Source: Aquificaceae bacterium
GTDB lineage: Bacteria > Aquificota > Aquificia > Aquificales > Aquificaceae
NCBI GenBank assembly: GCA_025057455.1
Contig: JANWWY010000003.1
Span: 15,821 to 79,820, forward strand
DNA length: 64,000 nt
Direction: 5' to 3'
The translations under genes were made by a program, and so were the position numbers. Position 1 is the first letter of the stretch; the number at the start of each line of letters is the position of its first letter. Shown here in pieces: positions 9,970 to 23,957 of this stretch. Under the pieces are notes generated by a model. The model worked only from the letters and a program-made list of their open reading frames with translations. It did no database searches and was not told the origin of the DNA.

Positions 9970-9974
9970 TTTAA

Positions 9975-11060
<1,086 letters not shown>

Positions 11061-11078
11061 GCTATAATTATATAGCTA

Positions 11079-11151
11079 CGGGGTGTAGCTCAGGTGGAAG
11101 AGCGTTGGCTTTGGGAGCCAAAGGTCGCAGGTTCAAGTCCTGCCACCCCGA
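11079..11151 (+). tRNA. tRNA-Pro (TGG), CCA not encoded
   Basis: Acceptor stem CGGGGTG/CACCCCG, anticodon arm TTGGC-TT TGG GA-GCCAA, T-loop GGTTCAAGTCC, discriminator A. Confidence 0.95.
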
Positions 11152-11225
11152 GGGCCCGTAGCTCAGCTGGACAGAGCAAGGGATTTCTAATCCCTAGGTC
11201 GGGGGTTCGAGTCCCTCCGGGCCCG
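11152..11225 (+). tRNA. tRNA-Arg (TCT), CCA not encoded
   Basis: Acceptor stem GGGCCCG/CGGGCCC, anticodon arm AGGGA-TT TCT AA-TCCCT, T-loop GGTTCGAGTCC; begins immediately after tRNA-Pro. Confidence 0.95.
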
Positions 11226-11837
11226 TATTTCTTCCTGCATGGTTGGGGTTTTAGCTCAAAGGTGCTAAAATCTTTAAACTCTGTGGAGCTCCCCTTTCAT
11301 GGTAGAAGTTCCCTTACCTACACAAACCTCTGGGATTTAGCTAAGGTATTAGCCATTGGAATGCCCAAAGGGTCTTATCTGGTAGGTTGGTCTTTGGGTG
11401 CCAGCATTGCCCTTATGATGGCTTATCTGTTTCCAGATAGGTTTAGAGGTTTACTCCTTATAGGGGCCTGTGCATGCTTTGGATGTTTGTGGCCGGAGAA
11501 AAACCTTAGAGGCTTTATGCTAAAACTGGAGAGAGAGGGAGAAGAGTTTCTTAGAGAATTTAGGCATATGGCTTATCCTAAACCCTTTCAAGATACACTA
11601 AACCTTGAAGGGGCTAAGAGGCTCCTTAAAGACTACATGAAATTGGACATCAGGCCCATTCTTCCTTACATAAAGCAGAAGGTCACAATCCTACACGGCA
11701 CAGGAGACCCAATAACGCCCTTTTCTTCCGCCATAACCCTTTACAACATGCTAAGGAGTGCTAAATTAATAACCTTCGCAGGAGGACATTTTCCCAAGCA
11801 TGAAAGTCTTATCTTTGAGATTCTCAAGGGCTTATAG
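11226..11837 (+). CDS. BioH-like alpha/beta hydrolase (pimeloyl-ACP methyl ester esterase); start codon uncertain
   Basis: FLHGWG oxyanion motif, VELPFHGRS, GWSLG nucleophile elbow, GGHFP; directly upstream of a BioC-like gene. The recognisable region starts at the tRNA-Arg 3' end; the only canonical in-frame start upstream of HGWG is GTG 11094. Confidence 0.7.
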   Translation, partial: YFFLHGWGFSSKVLKSLNSVELPFHGRSSLTYTNLWDLAKVLAIGMPKGSYLVGWSLGASIALMMAYLFPDRFRGLLLIGACACFGCLWPEKNLRGFMLKLEREGEEFLREFRHMAYPKPFQDTLNLEGAKRLLKDYMKLDIRPILPYIKQKVTILHGTGDPITPFSSAITLYNMLRSAKLITFAGGHFPKHESLIFEILKGL

Positions 11838-12456
11838 AAGTTATGAAGAGTGGGCAGTTCCCCAGAGATACACCGCAGAGAAACTTAGAAGTCTTGAGAA
11901 GGTGCAAGGTCTTGTTCTTGACCTTGGCTGTGGCACTGGTCTTTTAAGCCATGGTTTGGAAAAGGTTGTAGGTCTTGATATTGCCATGGGCATGGCAAAG
12001 TATTACAAGAAAAAGTTTGGCAAGGTGGTTCTGGGCGATGCTCACAGTATTCCCTTCAAGGACAAGAGCTTTGACTTTGTTTTAAGCAGTTTTGCCTTGC
12101 ACTGGACAGACATAGAGGTAAGTTTACCAGAGGCTATTAGAGTCTGTAGAGGAAAATTTCTGTGTGCAATGCCGGTAGAAGGTAGTCTTTCTCAACTCGG
12201 TTTCCCCTTTCCTAAGGTGGAACAAATTAGGTCAATCCTTCAAAGGATGGCATACGTAAGGAAGTTCTTCCTGGAGGATGTTCCCATACCCTTCCTCGGC
12301 TGGGACCTTTTAAGGTTTTTTCATTATACGGGGTCTTCTTATAATCCCCTTTTTAAAGGTGGTATAATCTCAAAGGAGAGGGTCAAAAGTATGATTAACA
12401 CAATTGACAAGCCCTTCTTCAGGATTCTATTCTTCTCTTGTGAGGTAAGGGAATGA
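11800..12456 (+). CDS. BioC-like SAM-dependent methyltransferase
   Basis: FSRAYRSYEEWAVPQR start, VLDLGCGTG, FDFVLSSFALHW; adjacent to the BioH-like gene. Confidence 0.75.
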   Translation: MKVLSLRFSRAYRSYEEWAVPQRYTAEKLRSLEKVQGLVLDLGCGTGLLSHGLEKVVGLDIAMGMAKYYKKKFGKVVLGDAHSIPFKDKSFDFVLSSFALHWTDIEVSLPEAIRVCRGKFLCAMPVEGSLSQLGFPFPKVEQIRSILQRMAYVRKFFLEDVPIPFLGWDLLRFFHYTGSSYNPLFKGGIISKERVKSMINTIDKPFFRILFFSCEVRE

Positions 12457-13868
12457 AAAGGAGGTTAAGGATGGTGGGTATTCTGTCCATCTTTTTGGTT
12501 CTGCTTTTCTTTCTGGGTTGTAAGGCTCAACAGGTTCAAAGTTCGATATCTGGGGCAACAAGCCAGGAAAAGCCCATTCTATCCTCTGGTGTGCTTTCCC
12601 AATTGGAGCAAGAGCTTACAAGCATAGTGGAAGCGGTATCTCCCTCTGTAGTTACCATATTTGCAACACAAGAGGTGGGTGGTGTAGAAGTACCCTTTCC
12701 TTTCCCCTTTCAAATACCACCACAGGAAAGGAGGTCTTTGGGTTCTGGGGTGATAATAGACTACAAGAAAGGTAAGCTGTACATACTCACCAACAGTCAC
12801 GTGGTTCAAAATGCAAGAAATATAAGGGTAAGATTTGACAGGCACATGGAAAAAAGAGCAAGGATTGTAGGCGTAGACCCAAAGACAGACGTAGCTGTCA
12901 TAGAGGTGGATGACAAGGACATATCCAACCCACAAGGGAGAATAGCAAGGCTGGGCGATTCGGACAAGTTGAAGGTGGGTCAGGTGGTTATAGCCATAGG
13001 TAATCCCTACGGACTGGAGAGGACTGTTACCGTGGGTGTTATCTCCGCCCTAAGAAGAGCCATAGGCATAACCCAGTATGAGAGTTTTATACAAACTGAT
13101 GCTGCTATAAATCCGGGGAACTCTGGCGGTCCCCTCGTAAACATAAAGGGTGAGGTTATAGGCATAAACACTGCCATACTTGCGGAAGGTCAGGGTCTTG
13201 GTTTTGCTATACCCATAAACCTTGCCAAGTGGGTATCTGACCAGCTTATAGAGAAAGGTAAAGTGGTAAGGGGATGGCTTGGTGTTGTTATTCAGGACAT
13301 AACGCCCGATATGGCTGAAAATCTTGGCGTAAAAGAGGGTGTAATAATAGCTCAGATAATGCCAGGAAGCCCTGCGGATAAGGCTGGTATTAGGGTGGGT
13401 GACATAGTGGTGGAGATAGATAATCAAAAGGTTGGCGAGGTTAGGGACCTTCAGTTTAGAATCATGAGAACGGAACCGGGCAAGGATATAAGCCTCAAGA
13501 TATTAAGGGAGGGCAAAGAAATGACCTTAAAGGTTAAGGTGGGTGAAATGCCTGAGGAAAGGGCATTGGGTGAGAGCGAAGAAAGTCAGGCGGACCTGGG
13601 GCTTGTGCTGAGAGACCTTACCCCCGAGGAGGAAAGAAGGCTCGGAGTAAAGGGAGTTCTCGTTATTAGAGTTATGCAAGGAAGTCTGGCCATGCAAAGC
13701 GGAATAGTGCCTGGGGATGTCATACTTCAAGTAGGCAACAGACCAGTTTCCAGGGTAAGCGAGTTCTTGCAGAGCATAGATGCCCTAAGGGGAGCTGGGA
13801 AAGAAAGTGCCCTCCTGCTGGTCAGAAGGCGAGGGAATAACCTCTTTATAGTTTTAAGGTTGAGGTGA
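12453..13868 (+). CDS. htrA: HtrA/DegP (Do) serine protease with two PDZ domains, probable lipoprotein
   Basis: Lipobox-like LGC, TNSHVV, DVAV, TDAAINPGNSGGPL, GLGFAIP, two PDZ repeats. Confidence 0.92.
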   Translation: MKRRLRMVGILSIFLVLLFFLGCKAQQVQSSISGATSQEKPILSSGVLSQLEQELTSIVEAVSPSVVTIFATQEVGGVEVPFPFPFQIPPQERRSLGSGVIIDYKKGKLYILTNSHVVQNARNIRVRFDRHMEKRARIVGVDPKTDVAVIEVDDKDISNPQGRIARLGDSDKLKVGQVVIAIGNPYGLERTVTVGVISALRRAIGITQYESFIQTDAAINPGNSGGPLVNIKGEVIGINTAILAEGQGLGFAIPINLAKWVSDQLIEKGKVVRGWLGVVIQDITPDMAENLGVKEGVIIAQIMPGSPADKAGIRVGDIVVEIDNQKVGEVRDLQFRIMRTEPGKDISLKILREGKEMTLKVKVGEMPEERALGESEESQADLGLVLRDLTPEEERRLGVKGVLVIRVMQGSLAMQSGIVPGDVILQVGNRPVSRVSEFLQSIDALRGAGKESALLLVRRRGNNLFIVLRLR

Positions 13869-13872
13869 TAAC

Positions 13873-14805
13873 ATGATACCCGATACGGAGCAAGAGATAA
13901 TAAATCAGTATCTTAAGAAGGTTTCCAAGATACCCCTCCTCACACCCGAGGAGGAAAAGGAGATTGCAAAAAGAGCCAAAGAAGGCGACCAGGAAGCCTT
14001 TAGAAAGCTGGTAGAGTCTAACCTGAGGTTTGTCATAAGCATAGCCAAACAATACTTAGGTTATGGGCTTCCCCTCTCAGAGCTGATAGCGGCTGGAAAT
14101 CACGGTCTTATAGAAGCGGCAAAAAGGTTTGACCCAGACAGGGGCGTAAAGTTTATATCCTACGCGGTTTGGTGGATTCGTCAGGCTATAATGCAGGCAC
14201 TTTCTCAGCAAACTGGTGCGGTGCGCATACCCATAAAGCAATCGCATCTTATAAACCGTATAAGCAGTCTTTACAGCAGGCTATATAAGGAGTTAGAGAG
14301 GGAGCCAACACCTGAAGAGATTGCCTACGAATACACCAAGGAAGTGCTTCAGAAGGAGATGGAAAGGGAATTAGGTAGAGAGCCAACGGAGGAGGAAATA
14401 AAGAAAAGGATAAAGAAAGAAGGATACAGGATAAGCCCGGAGGATGTGGAAAAGGCTCTTCAGCTTTGTAGGGTTCCTCTGTCTTTGGATGCACCCGTAG
14501 GAGAGAACGAGGATACTTTTTTTGTGGACTTTTTAAGCCAACATGGCACTGCGGACGTAGAGGAAAGGATTATAAGCGAGGTTTTGGAAAGGGAGATAGA
14601 CGAGCTTCTTGATAAGCTTCCAGAGAAGGAAAGAAGGGTTATAGAGCTAAGGTTTGGACTGAGAGGAGAAGAACCCAGAACACTTAGGGAGATAGGAGAC
14701 ATACTTCAGATATCAAGGGAAAGGGTGCGTCAGCTCGAGACAAGAGCCCTAAGAAAATTAAGAAATATGGCTATGAAAAGGCATCTAAAGGACTTCCTAA
14801 GCTGA
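13873..14805 (+). CDS. sigma-70 family RNA polymerase sigma factor (RpoS/RpoD-like, no region 1.1)
   Basis: Region 1.2 YLKKVSKIPLLT, region 2 NLRFVISIAK and KFISYAVWWIRQAI, region 4 TLREIGDILQISRERVRQLE. Confidence 0.9.
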   Translation: MIPDTEQEIINQYLKKVSKIPLLTPEEEKEIAKRAKEGDQEAFRKLVESNLRFVISIAKQYLGYGLPLSELIAAGNHGLIEAAKRFDPDRGVKFISYAVWWIRQAIMQALSQQTGAVRIPIKQSHLINRISSLYSRLYKELEREPTPEEIAYEYTKEVLQKEMERELGREPTEEEIKKRIKKEGYRISPEDVEKALQLCRVPLSLDAPVGENEDTFFVDFLSQHGTADVEERIISEVLEREIDELLDKLPEKERRVIELRFGLRGEEPRTLREIGDILQISRERVRQLETRALRKLRNMAMKRHLKDFLS

Positions 14806-15668
14806 TGGTATCTGGACTTTTGCTCGTAGACAAGCCCAAGGGTCTTACCTCCATGGAGGTGGTTGAGGGTATAAAAAGGAGATTTCGCCTAAAGGCTGGG
14901 CATGCTGGCACCCTTGACCCTATAGCCACAGGTCTTTTACTCATTCTTGTAGGTGAAGCCACGAAGTTTTCCCATTTTTTCATAGGCATGGACAAAGCTT
15001 ACAGTACAAAGGTAAAGCTGGGTGAGATAACGCAAACTTACGATGCGGAAGGTGTTCTGGTGGAAAAAAGGTCTGTGGACGTGTCCTGTGATGATGTAAT
15101 GAGAGTGTTAGGAAAGTTCATAGGCAAGCTGTCACAGATGCCTCCACCTTTTTCCGCAAAACGCATAGGAGGTGAAAGAGCTTACAACTTAGCAAGGAGG
15201 GGTCTAAAGGTAGACTTAAAGCCAGTGCAGGTGCAAGTCTACAGGGCGGAGCTTCTGAGCTGTCAGCTCCCCTATGTGGAACTTTACCTTGAAGTCTCTT
15301 CTGGCACTTACATAAGAAGTCTTGTCCACGATATAGGTTTTGAGCTTTCTTGTGGTGCTCATGTGGTGGAACTTAGGAGATTAAAAGTTGGAAGGTTTAC
15401 CGTAGAGAAGGCAATAAGCTACGAAAAAATCTTAGGTGCTGAAAGCATAGAGGGCTTTATCATACCCATAGAAGAAGCTTTGGACTTTATGCCAGAGATA
15501 AGCCTTAGGGGTGAGCTTTCAAGAAGGGTAAGGAGCGGTGCAAAAATAAGGTTGAGAGAAGCTTTGAATAAAACCTTCGTAAGGCTCTATGCAGACGGAA
15601 ACTTTATAGGAGTTGGACTTATAGAGGGAAACGTTCTTAAGCCCTACAGGCTTATGCAAGGGCTTTAA
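14805..15668 (+). CDS. truB: tRNA pseudouridine(55) synthase
   Basis: [44 protein letters not shown]. Confidence 0.95.
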   Translation: MVSGLLLVDKPKGLTSMEVVEGIKRRFRLKAGHAGTLDPIATGLLLILVGEATKFSHFFIGMDKAYSTKVKLGEITQTYDAEGVLVEKRSVDVSCDDVMRVLGKFIGKLSQMPPPFSAKRIGGERAYNLARRGLKVDLKPVQVQVYRAELLSCQLPYVELYLEVSSGTYIRSLVHDIGFELSCGAHVVELRRLKVGRFTVEKAISYEKILGAESIEGFIIPIEEALDFMPEISLRGELSRRVRSGAKIRLREALNKTFVRLYADGNFIGVGLIEGNVLKPYRLMQGL

Positions 15669-16724
15669 GCTTTTCCTCTATGTAATGCTCTGTAAGGGCA
15701 TCTATCACCTCATCCAACTTACCTTGGAGCACGTCCTGAAGCTTGTAAAGGGTAAGGTTTATACGGTGGTCTGTAACTCTGTTTTGAGGAAAGTTGTAGG
15801 TTCTTATCTTCTCACTGCGTTCCCCTGTCCCTACCTGCTGTTTTCTTTCTCTGGCTAACTCCTCTTCCCTCTGCCTTTCAAAGTAATCCTTCAGCCTTGC
15901 GTAGAGTATTTTCAGAGCCTTCTGTCGGTTTTGAAACTGAGACCTTTCATCCTGACAAGATACGGTTATGCCGGTGGGTATATGGGTTATCCTCACCGCC
16001 GTTTCTGTGGTGTTTACATACTGACCGCCTGCACCGCTTGCTCTAAAGGTTTCAATTTTGAGGTCTTTTGGGTCTATCTGAATTTCTGTCTCGTCGGTTT
16101 CTGGAAGGACTGCTACCGTCGCTGTGGACGTATGTATCCTCCCACCAGCTTCCGTGACTGGAACTCTCTGCACTCTGTGAACTCCGCTCTCAAACTTGAG
16201 CCTAGAATAGGCTCCTTCACCTTCTATGAGTGCTATTGCTTCTTTGTAGCCACCTAATCCCGTTCTGTTGGAGGAAAGAATGCTAAACTTCCAACCCTTC
16301 TCCTCCGCATACTTCTGGTACATGTTAAGAAGGTCTGCCACAAAAAGTGCTGCCTCTTCACCACCCACACCCGCTCTTATTTCAAGTATTACGTTTCTGT
16401 TGTCCCTGGGGTCTTTTGGAAGAAGAAGTATCCTTAGCTTTTTTTCTACATTCTCCAGCTCTGAGCTTAACCTTTCTATTTCCTCCTTGGCAAGCTCTTT
16501 TAGCTCCTCGTTTTTGAGAAGCTCCCTTGCCCCTTCAAGGTCAGAGAGGAGCTTTTTGTAGCTTTTGTAGGTACTGTATACCTCTTCTAATTCCTTTAGC
16601 TCCTTTCCCAGCCTTGTTAGTTTGTCCCTGTCGGAGACAATCTCAGGACTGCTTATCTGATACTGAAACTCCAAATACTTCTGTTCTAAAGCTTTAAGCT
16701 TTTCTTCAAGCTCCGCACTGAGCA

Positions 16725-16725
<1 letters not shown>
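15652..16725 (-). CDS. prfA: peptide chain release factor 1
   Basis: [22 protein letters not shown] (PxT), [25 protein letters not shown]. Confidence 0.97.
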
Positions 16726-19516
<2,791 letters not shown>

Positions 19517-19751
19517 TTATATACCTTTGTTTGCTTGGTGGTAGATTACAGAAGACTTCGCATAGCTCTAACTATTTGGGCAGGTTCTGGGTTTTCAAAG
19601 CATAGACCGTGCTAAGATAAGAGAAAGAAAAATAAATCTAAGGAAAGCCTTCCAATGGTCTTGAGCTTACATAAGGAAAGGCATCCTCCACGCCGTGCCT
19701 ATATCCAGATGCTGTAGGACTCTTATCTTACAAAGAAAAAGCCAAAGGGGC

Positions 19752-20570
19752 TTATACCCTCTCAATTTTCATGCTTAGGTCTAACCATCTTGCGGAGTGT
19801 GTTATGGCACCGCTTGATATAAAGTCTACACCCTGAACCGCATAATCCCTTACGTTTTCTAAGGTTATGTTTCCAGAAACTTCTATCATGACCTTATTTT
19901 TAGCAATCTTCACCGCTTCTTTTACCGCTTCTGGTGAGAAATTGTCCAACATGACCATGTCAACTTTGCATTCAATGGCCTCTTTCAGCTCTTCTAAGCT
20001 TTCAACCTCCACTTCAATTCTATAGACTGGGCTTATCTTCTCCCTTACCCTTCTTACCGCCTCCCTTATGCTTCCTGCTATAGCTTTATGGTTATCCTTT
20101 ATTAGAACCATATCAAAAAGGGCATACCTGTGGTTTATTCCACCTCCAACTCTGACCGCATACTTTTCAAAGAACCTAAGACCTGGCGTGGTTTTCCTGG
20201 TGTCTAAAATTCTCACCCCAGTGCCCTCCAAGGCTTTAACAAAGCTTCTCGTAAGGGTTGCAATACCGCTAAGCCTTTGGAGAAGATTAAGAGCTACCCT
20301 TTCTCCCTTCAAAAGCACATCCGCAGGACCTTCTACTACCAAAAGCTCCTCACCCTTGGAAAATTCTGCGCCATCCCCAAAGAGTTTGACCACGTTTACT
20401 TTTCCAAGAAGTTCAAACACCCTTATGCCAAAACTTCCACCAGCAAAAATACCACCCTCCTTCGCTCTTATAACCCCTCTTGCTCTCTCGCCACTGTATA
20501 TACCCTCAGTGGTAATATCGCCATGCCCTATGTCTTCTTCAAGAAACCTTAACAAAAGCTCTTCAATCAT
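19752..20570 (-). CDS. nadC: nicotinate-nucleotide diphosphorylase (quinolinate phosphoribosyltransferase)
   Basis: EDIGHGDIT, ERVALN, DTRKTTPG, NHR, LIKDNH, MLDN, SGNIT. Confidence 0.96.
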   Translation of the reverse strand: MIEELLLRFLEEDIGHGDITTEGIYSGERARGVIRAKEGGIFAGGSFGIRVFELLGKVNVVKLFGDGAEFSKGEELLVVEGPADVLLKGERVALNLLQRLSGIATLTRSFVKALEGTGVRILDTRKTTPGLRFFEKYAVRVGGGINHRYALFDMVLIKDNHKAIAGSIREAVRRVREKISPVYRIEVEVESLEELKEAIECKVDMVMLDNFSPEAVKEAVKIAKNKVMIEVSGNITLENVRDYAVQGVDFISSGAITHSARWLDLSMKIERV

Positions 20571-20594
20571 AGGCTATAATTTTAAGGGGGAAAA

Positions 20595-22046
20595 ATGAAA
20601 ATAGTTATGGTTGCCTCCGAGAGTGCCGCCTACGTAAAGGCCGGAGGGCTTGGGGATGTGGTTCACTCTCTAGCCAAGGCTCTTATAAAGTTGGGGCATA
20701 CAGTATTCGTTATAATGCCTAAATACTCCAAAATAAAAGCTGGTTTACAAAGGGTAAAGCAAAGCAGGATTTTTTTTAACGGTGGTTGGCAGGAGTTTGG
20801 CATCTATGAAGACACTAAGGACCACGTAAGGTACTATTTTGTGGATTACCCAGCTTATTACAATAGGGAATATATATATGCAACCCCAAAAGGAGAATAT
20901 GAAGACAATCCCTTGCGATTTGGTTTTCTCTCTCTTGCAAGCCTTCAGCTTATAAGGGATACATCCATTGAACCAGACTTGATGCATATCCATGATTGGC
21001 ATACGGGGCTTGTTCCCCTTTACAAGAGGTTATATTACGAGGATTTGAAGGAATTGCCCGTAATATTTACCATACACAACGCCATGCACCAAGGTCTTTA
21101 TGACCCCCACTACATACCCATGCTAAACCTGCCATGGGAAGTATACAGTCCATACAACGGCATAGAGTTTTACGGAAAAATAAACTTTCTCAAGTCCGGT
21201 ATATACTTTTGCGATGTGCTTACGACGGTAAGCCCTTCCTATGCGGAGGAGCTTAGGCAATACGCCTATGGTCTTGAAGGGCTTATAAGGGAGAAAAAGT
21301 ACTTTTTTGGAATTCTTAACGGCATAGACTACGATGTGTGGAACTCAGAAAAGGACAAGTACATAAAGCACCACTACAGCGTAAAAAATCCCTGGAAGGG
21401 AAAGCTGGGCAACAAAAAACATTTAAAAGAAACCTTTGGTCTTAGGACACCAGACGAAAGGCCTCTGGTGGGTATGGTCTCAAGACTTACCGCTCAGAAG
21501 GGTCTTGATATCGTCAATGGTATAATCTGCGAAGCGGTAAGGGAGGGTTTTGACTTTGTATTTCTTGGGTCGGGTGAGGAAAAATATCAAGACATGCTCA
21601 TAGATTTCGTGAGAAAGTATCCAGAGAATGTTAGAGTAAGGATAGAATACAACGAGGAGCTTGCCCACAAGATATTTGCCGGTTCAGACATGTTTCTTAT
21701 GCCTTCTCTGTTTGAACCTTGCGGTATATCTCAGATGATAGCCATGAAATACGGCACAGTTCCCGTGGTTAGGTCCACTGGCGGGCTAAAGGATACAGTA
21801 ATAGACTATGTGGAAAAACCCCTTGAAGGTAATGGGTTTACCTTCCAGGATTATAGTAGCAAAGAGCTTATGCATGCACTTCTTAAGGCGAGGGTTTATT
21901 ACGACATGCACGTATGCGACCACTCAAAGGATTGGAGCGAGATAGTCAAAAGGTGTATGAAAAAAGACTTTTCCTGGGAAAAGAGTGCAAGGGAGTACGA
22001 AAGAGTATATTCCACCGCCACCATGTTAAAAAGATATGGTTCTTGA
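20595..22046 (+). CDS. glgA: glycogen synthase (ADP-glucose)
   Basis: KAGGLGDV, HIHDWHTG, TIHN, NGID, SRLTAQKG, PSLFEPCGISQ. Confidence 0.95.
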   Translation: MKIVMVASESAAYVKAGGLGDVVHSLAKALIKLGHTVFVIMPKYSKIKAGLQRVKQSRIFFNGGWQEFGIYEDTKDHVRYYFVDYPAYYNREYIYATPKGEYEDNPLRFGFLSLASLQLIRDTSIEPDLMHIHDWHTGLVPLYKRLYYEDLKELPVIFTIHNAMHQGLYDPHYIPMLNLPWEVYSPYNGIEFYGKINFLKSGIYFCDVLTTVSPSYAEELRQYAYGLEGLIREKKYFFGILNGIDYDVWNSEKDKYIKHHYSVKNPWKGKLGNKKHLKETFGLRTPDERPLVGMVSRLTAQKGLDIVNGIICEAVREGFDFVFLGSGEEKYQDMLIDFVRKYPENVRVRIEYNEELAHKIFAGSDMFLMPSLFEPCGISQMIAMKYGTVPVVRSTGGLKDTVIDYVEKPLEGNGFTFQDYSSKELMHALLKARVYYDMHVCDHSKDWSEIVKRCMKKDFSWEKSAREYERVYSTATMLKRYGS

Positions 22047-22515
22047 CCTTAAAGACCTTCTTAGCGTGCTTGAGCCTATAAGAGAGGAAAAGACTATAGT
22101 TTTTACAAACGGATGCTTTGACCTTATGCACGCAGGACACGCACACTATTTAAAAAAGGCAAAAGAGCTTGGAGACATTCTCGTCGTAGGTCTTAACTCA
22201 GACAACTCTGTTAGGAGGATAAAAGGACCAAAAAGACCTATAGTTCCGCAGGAAATGAGAGCCTATCTTTTGGACAGCCTTAAACCGGTGGATTACGTTG
22301 TAATCTTCGAGGAGGACACACCTGAAAGGCTTATCAGAGCTATAAGACCCCATGTGCTGGTGAAGGGTGCTGACTGGGATATTAAGGATATAGTTGGTGC
22401 GGACTTTGTGCTTTCCTACGGGGGTCGCGTGGAAAGAGTAGCCTTCCAGTTTGAACTTTCCACCTCTGCCATCATTCGGCGCGTGCTAGAACTCTACAAG
22501 GATGCTGACAGATGA
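22036..22515 (+). CDS. D-glycero-beta-D-manno-heptose 1-phosphate adenylyltransferase (RfaE domain II)
   Basis: FTNGCFDLMHAGH, VVGLNSDNSV, LVKGADW, STS. Confidence 0.88.
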   Translation: MVLDLKDLLSVLEPIREEKTIVFTNGCFDLMHAGHAHYLKKAKELGDILVVGLNSDNSVRRIKGPKRPIVPQEMRAYLLDSLKPVDYVVIFEEDTPERLIRAIRPHVLVKGADWDIKDIVGADFVLSYGGRVERVAFQFELSTSAIIRRVLELYKDADR

Positions 22516-23072
22516 GATTCTATGGCATTATCAAGCTTCAGAAGCAGTCCACGAGAAACCCTAAGTCTCTCCAACCCTTTATAGCTATCCTCTCCCAGAA
22601 TGCGTCTGACTATGGGCCTTAACCTTTCCGCAAACACCTCTTCCTTGTATAGACCCATGCTCCTCAGAAATTCCAGCTTAAACCTCAAGAGTAACACATT
22701 TTGATTGTTGGGCACCAGACTGAGGTATCTTAAAACCGTATCAAAAAGCTCTGGGTCATACTGGAAAAACCACCTCTCTACAAAACCCATGACTGAAGCC
22801 ATCCATAGGTATGCGGAATAGCTTTTTATGGACAAATAGGAAAAAAACTCCACCTTTAGAATATCTCTTAAGATTACCGTGTCACCAGATTGTCTGTATA
22901 CCGCATGTAAAAGGTTGAAGGGTTCTGTAAAACCCAAAAAACCCTCCTCTGGAAGGAGACCATCTGGCACGAATAGTTTCATAAGTCCGTTGGGACCGTA
23001 GACCTTTAGCATTAAATCCTTATCACCCGCTCTGAACCTCCTGATTATCAAAAACTTGCCCTTTGTTGGCAC
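22494..23072 (-). CDS. RecO-like DNA repair protein (short form)
   Basis: N-terminus GKFLIIRRFRAGDKDLMLKVYG...G and TEPF pattern resemble the RecO OB fold; no Zn-finger cysteines. Confidence 0.55.
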   Translation of the reverse strand: MPTKGKFLIIRRFRAGDKDLMLKVYGPNGLMKLFVPDGLLPEEGFLGFTEPFNLLHAVYRQSGDTVILRDILKVEFFSYLSIKSYSAYLWMASVMGFVERWFFQYDPELFDTVLRYLSLVPNNQNVLLLRFKLEFLRSMGLYKEEVFAERLRPIVRRILGEDSYKGLERLRVSRGLLLKLDNAIESHLSASL

Positions 23073-23096
23073 TGTGGTATAATTATAAAACCCGCC

Positions 23097-23957
23097 ATGC
23101 CTACACTTTTCAGAAAGTCAAAGGAAATAAGGAACTACGTAAGGTTACAAAAGTGTGAGAACGGGCGTAGCATAGGACTTGTGCCCACCATGGGCTATCT
23201 TCACGATGGCCACAGAGAGCTTATAAGACAGTCCAAAATACAGAATGACCTAACCATAGTTAGCATATACGTAAACCCTCTTCAGTTTGGTAAGGATGAG
23301 GATTTTGGGAGATATCCGAGAGATTTAGAAAGAGACATACTCGTATGTGAAGAGGAAGGTGTAGATGCTGTCTTTGCCCCCAGCGACGAAGAAATGTATC
23401 CTGAAAGTCCCGTTGTAAACATACACATGGAAGGCTTGAGTGATATTTTAGAAGGCAAATTTAGACCTGGACATTTTAACGGTGTTTGTGTTGTGGTGCT
23501 TAAGCTCCTGAACATCGTTCAACCAGATAGGGCATACTTTGGAGAAAAGGATTATCAACAGCTTAAAGTGGTTCAAAGGCTTGTAAAAGATCTCAGCTTG
23601 CCCGTGGAGATAGTACCCGTGCGGACGGTAAGGGACACGGACGGATTGGCTTTTAGTTCCAGAAATACGTACTTGAGTCCCGAAGAGAGGGAGTCCGCAC
23701 TTTCTTTGTATAAGTCCTTTCTTCTTGCGGAAAAGTTTATCAAAAGCGGAAACACGCAGGCAGACCTTATAAAGGAAGTCATAAGGGATTTTATCCTTAG
23801 GCACCCACACGTGCGCAAAATTGACTATGTAGAGATAACTGACGAGGACCTCCGCCCCGTGCAGGAAGTTAGGGAAGGTGATAGAATACTTCTTGCTGTA
23901 TGGGTGGGTAACACAAGGCTGATTGATAATTGGAGGATAGGCAATGCAAACCTTTGA
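23097..23957 (+). CDS. panC: pantoate--beta-alanine ligase
   Basis: [49 protein letters not shown]. Confidence 0.97.
   Translation: MPTLFRKSKEIRNYVRLQKCENGRSIGLVPTMGYLHDGHRELIRQSKIQNDLTIVSIYVNPLQFGKDEDFGRYPRDLERDILVCEEEGVDAVFAPSDEEMYPESPVVNIHMEGLSDILEGKFRPGHFNGVCVVVLKLLNIVQPDRAYFGEKDYQQLKVVQRLVKDLSLPVEIVPVRTVRDTDGLAFSSRNTYLSPEERESALSLYKSFLLAEKFIKSGNTQADLIKEVIRDFILRHPHVRKIDYVEITDEDLRPVQEVREGDRILLAVWVGNTRLIDNWRIGNANL

Noticed and set aside
11079-11225. tRNA-anchored genomic island or prophage at tRNA-Pro/Arg
   Set aside because: No integrase and no duplicated tRNA 3' end seen; flanking genes are housekeeping
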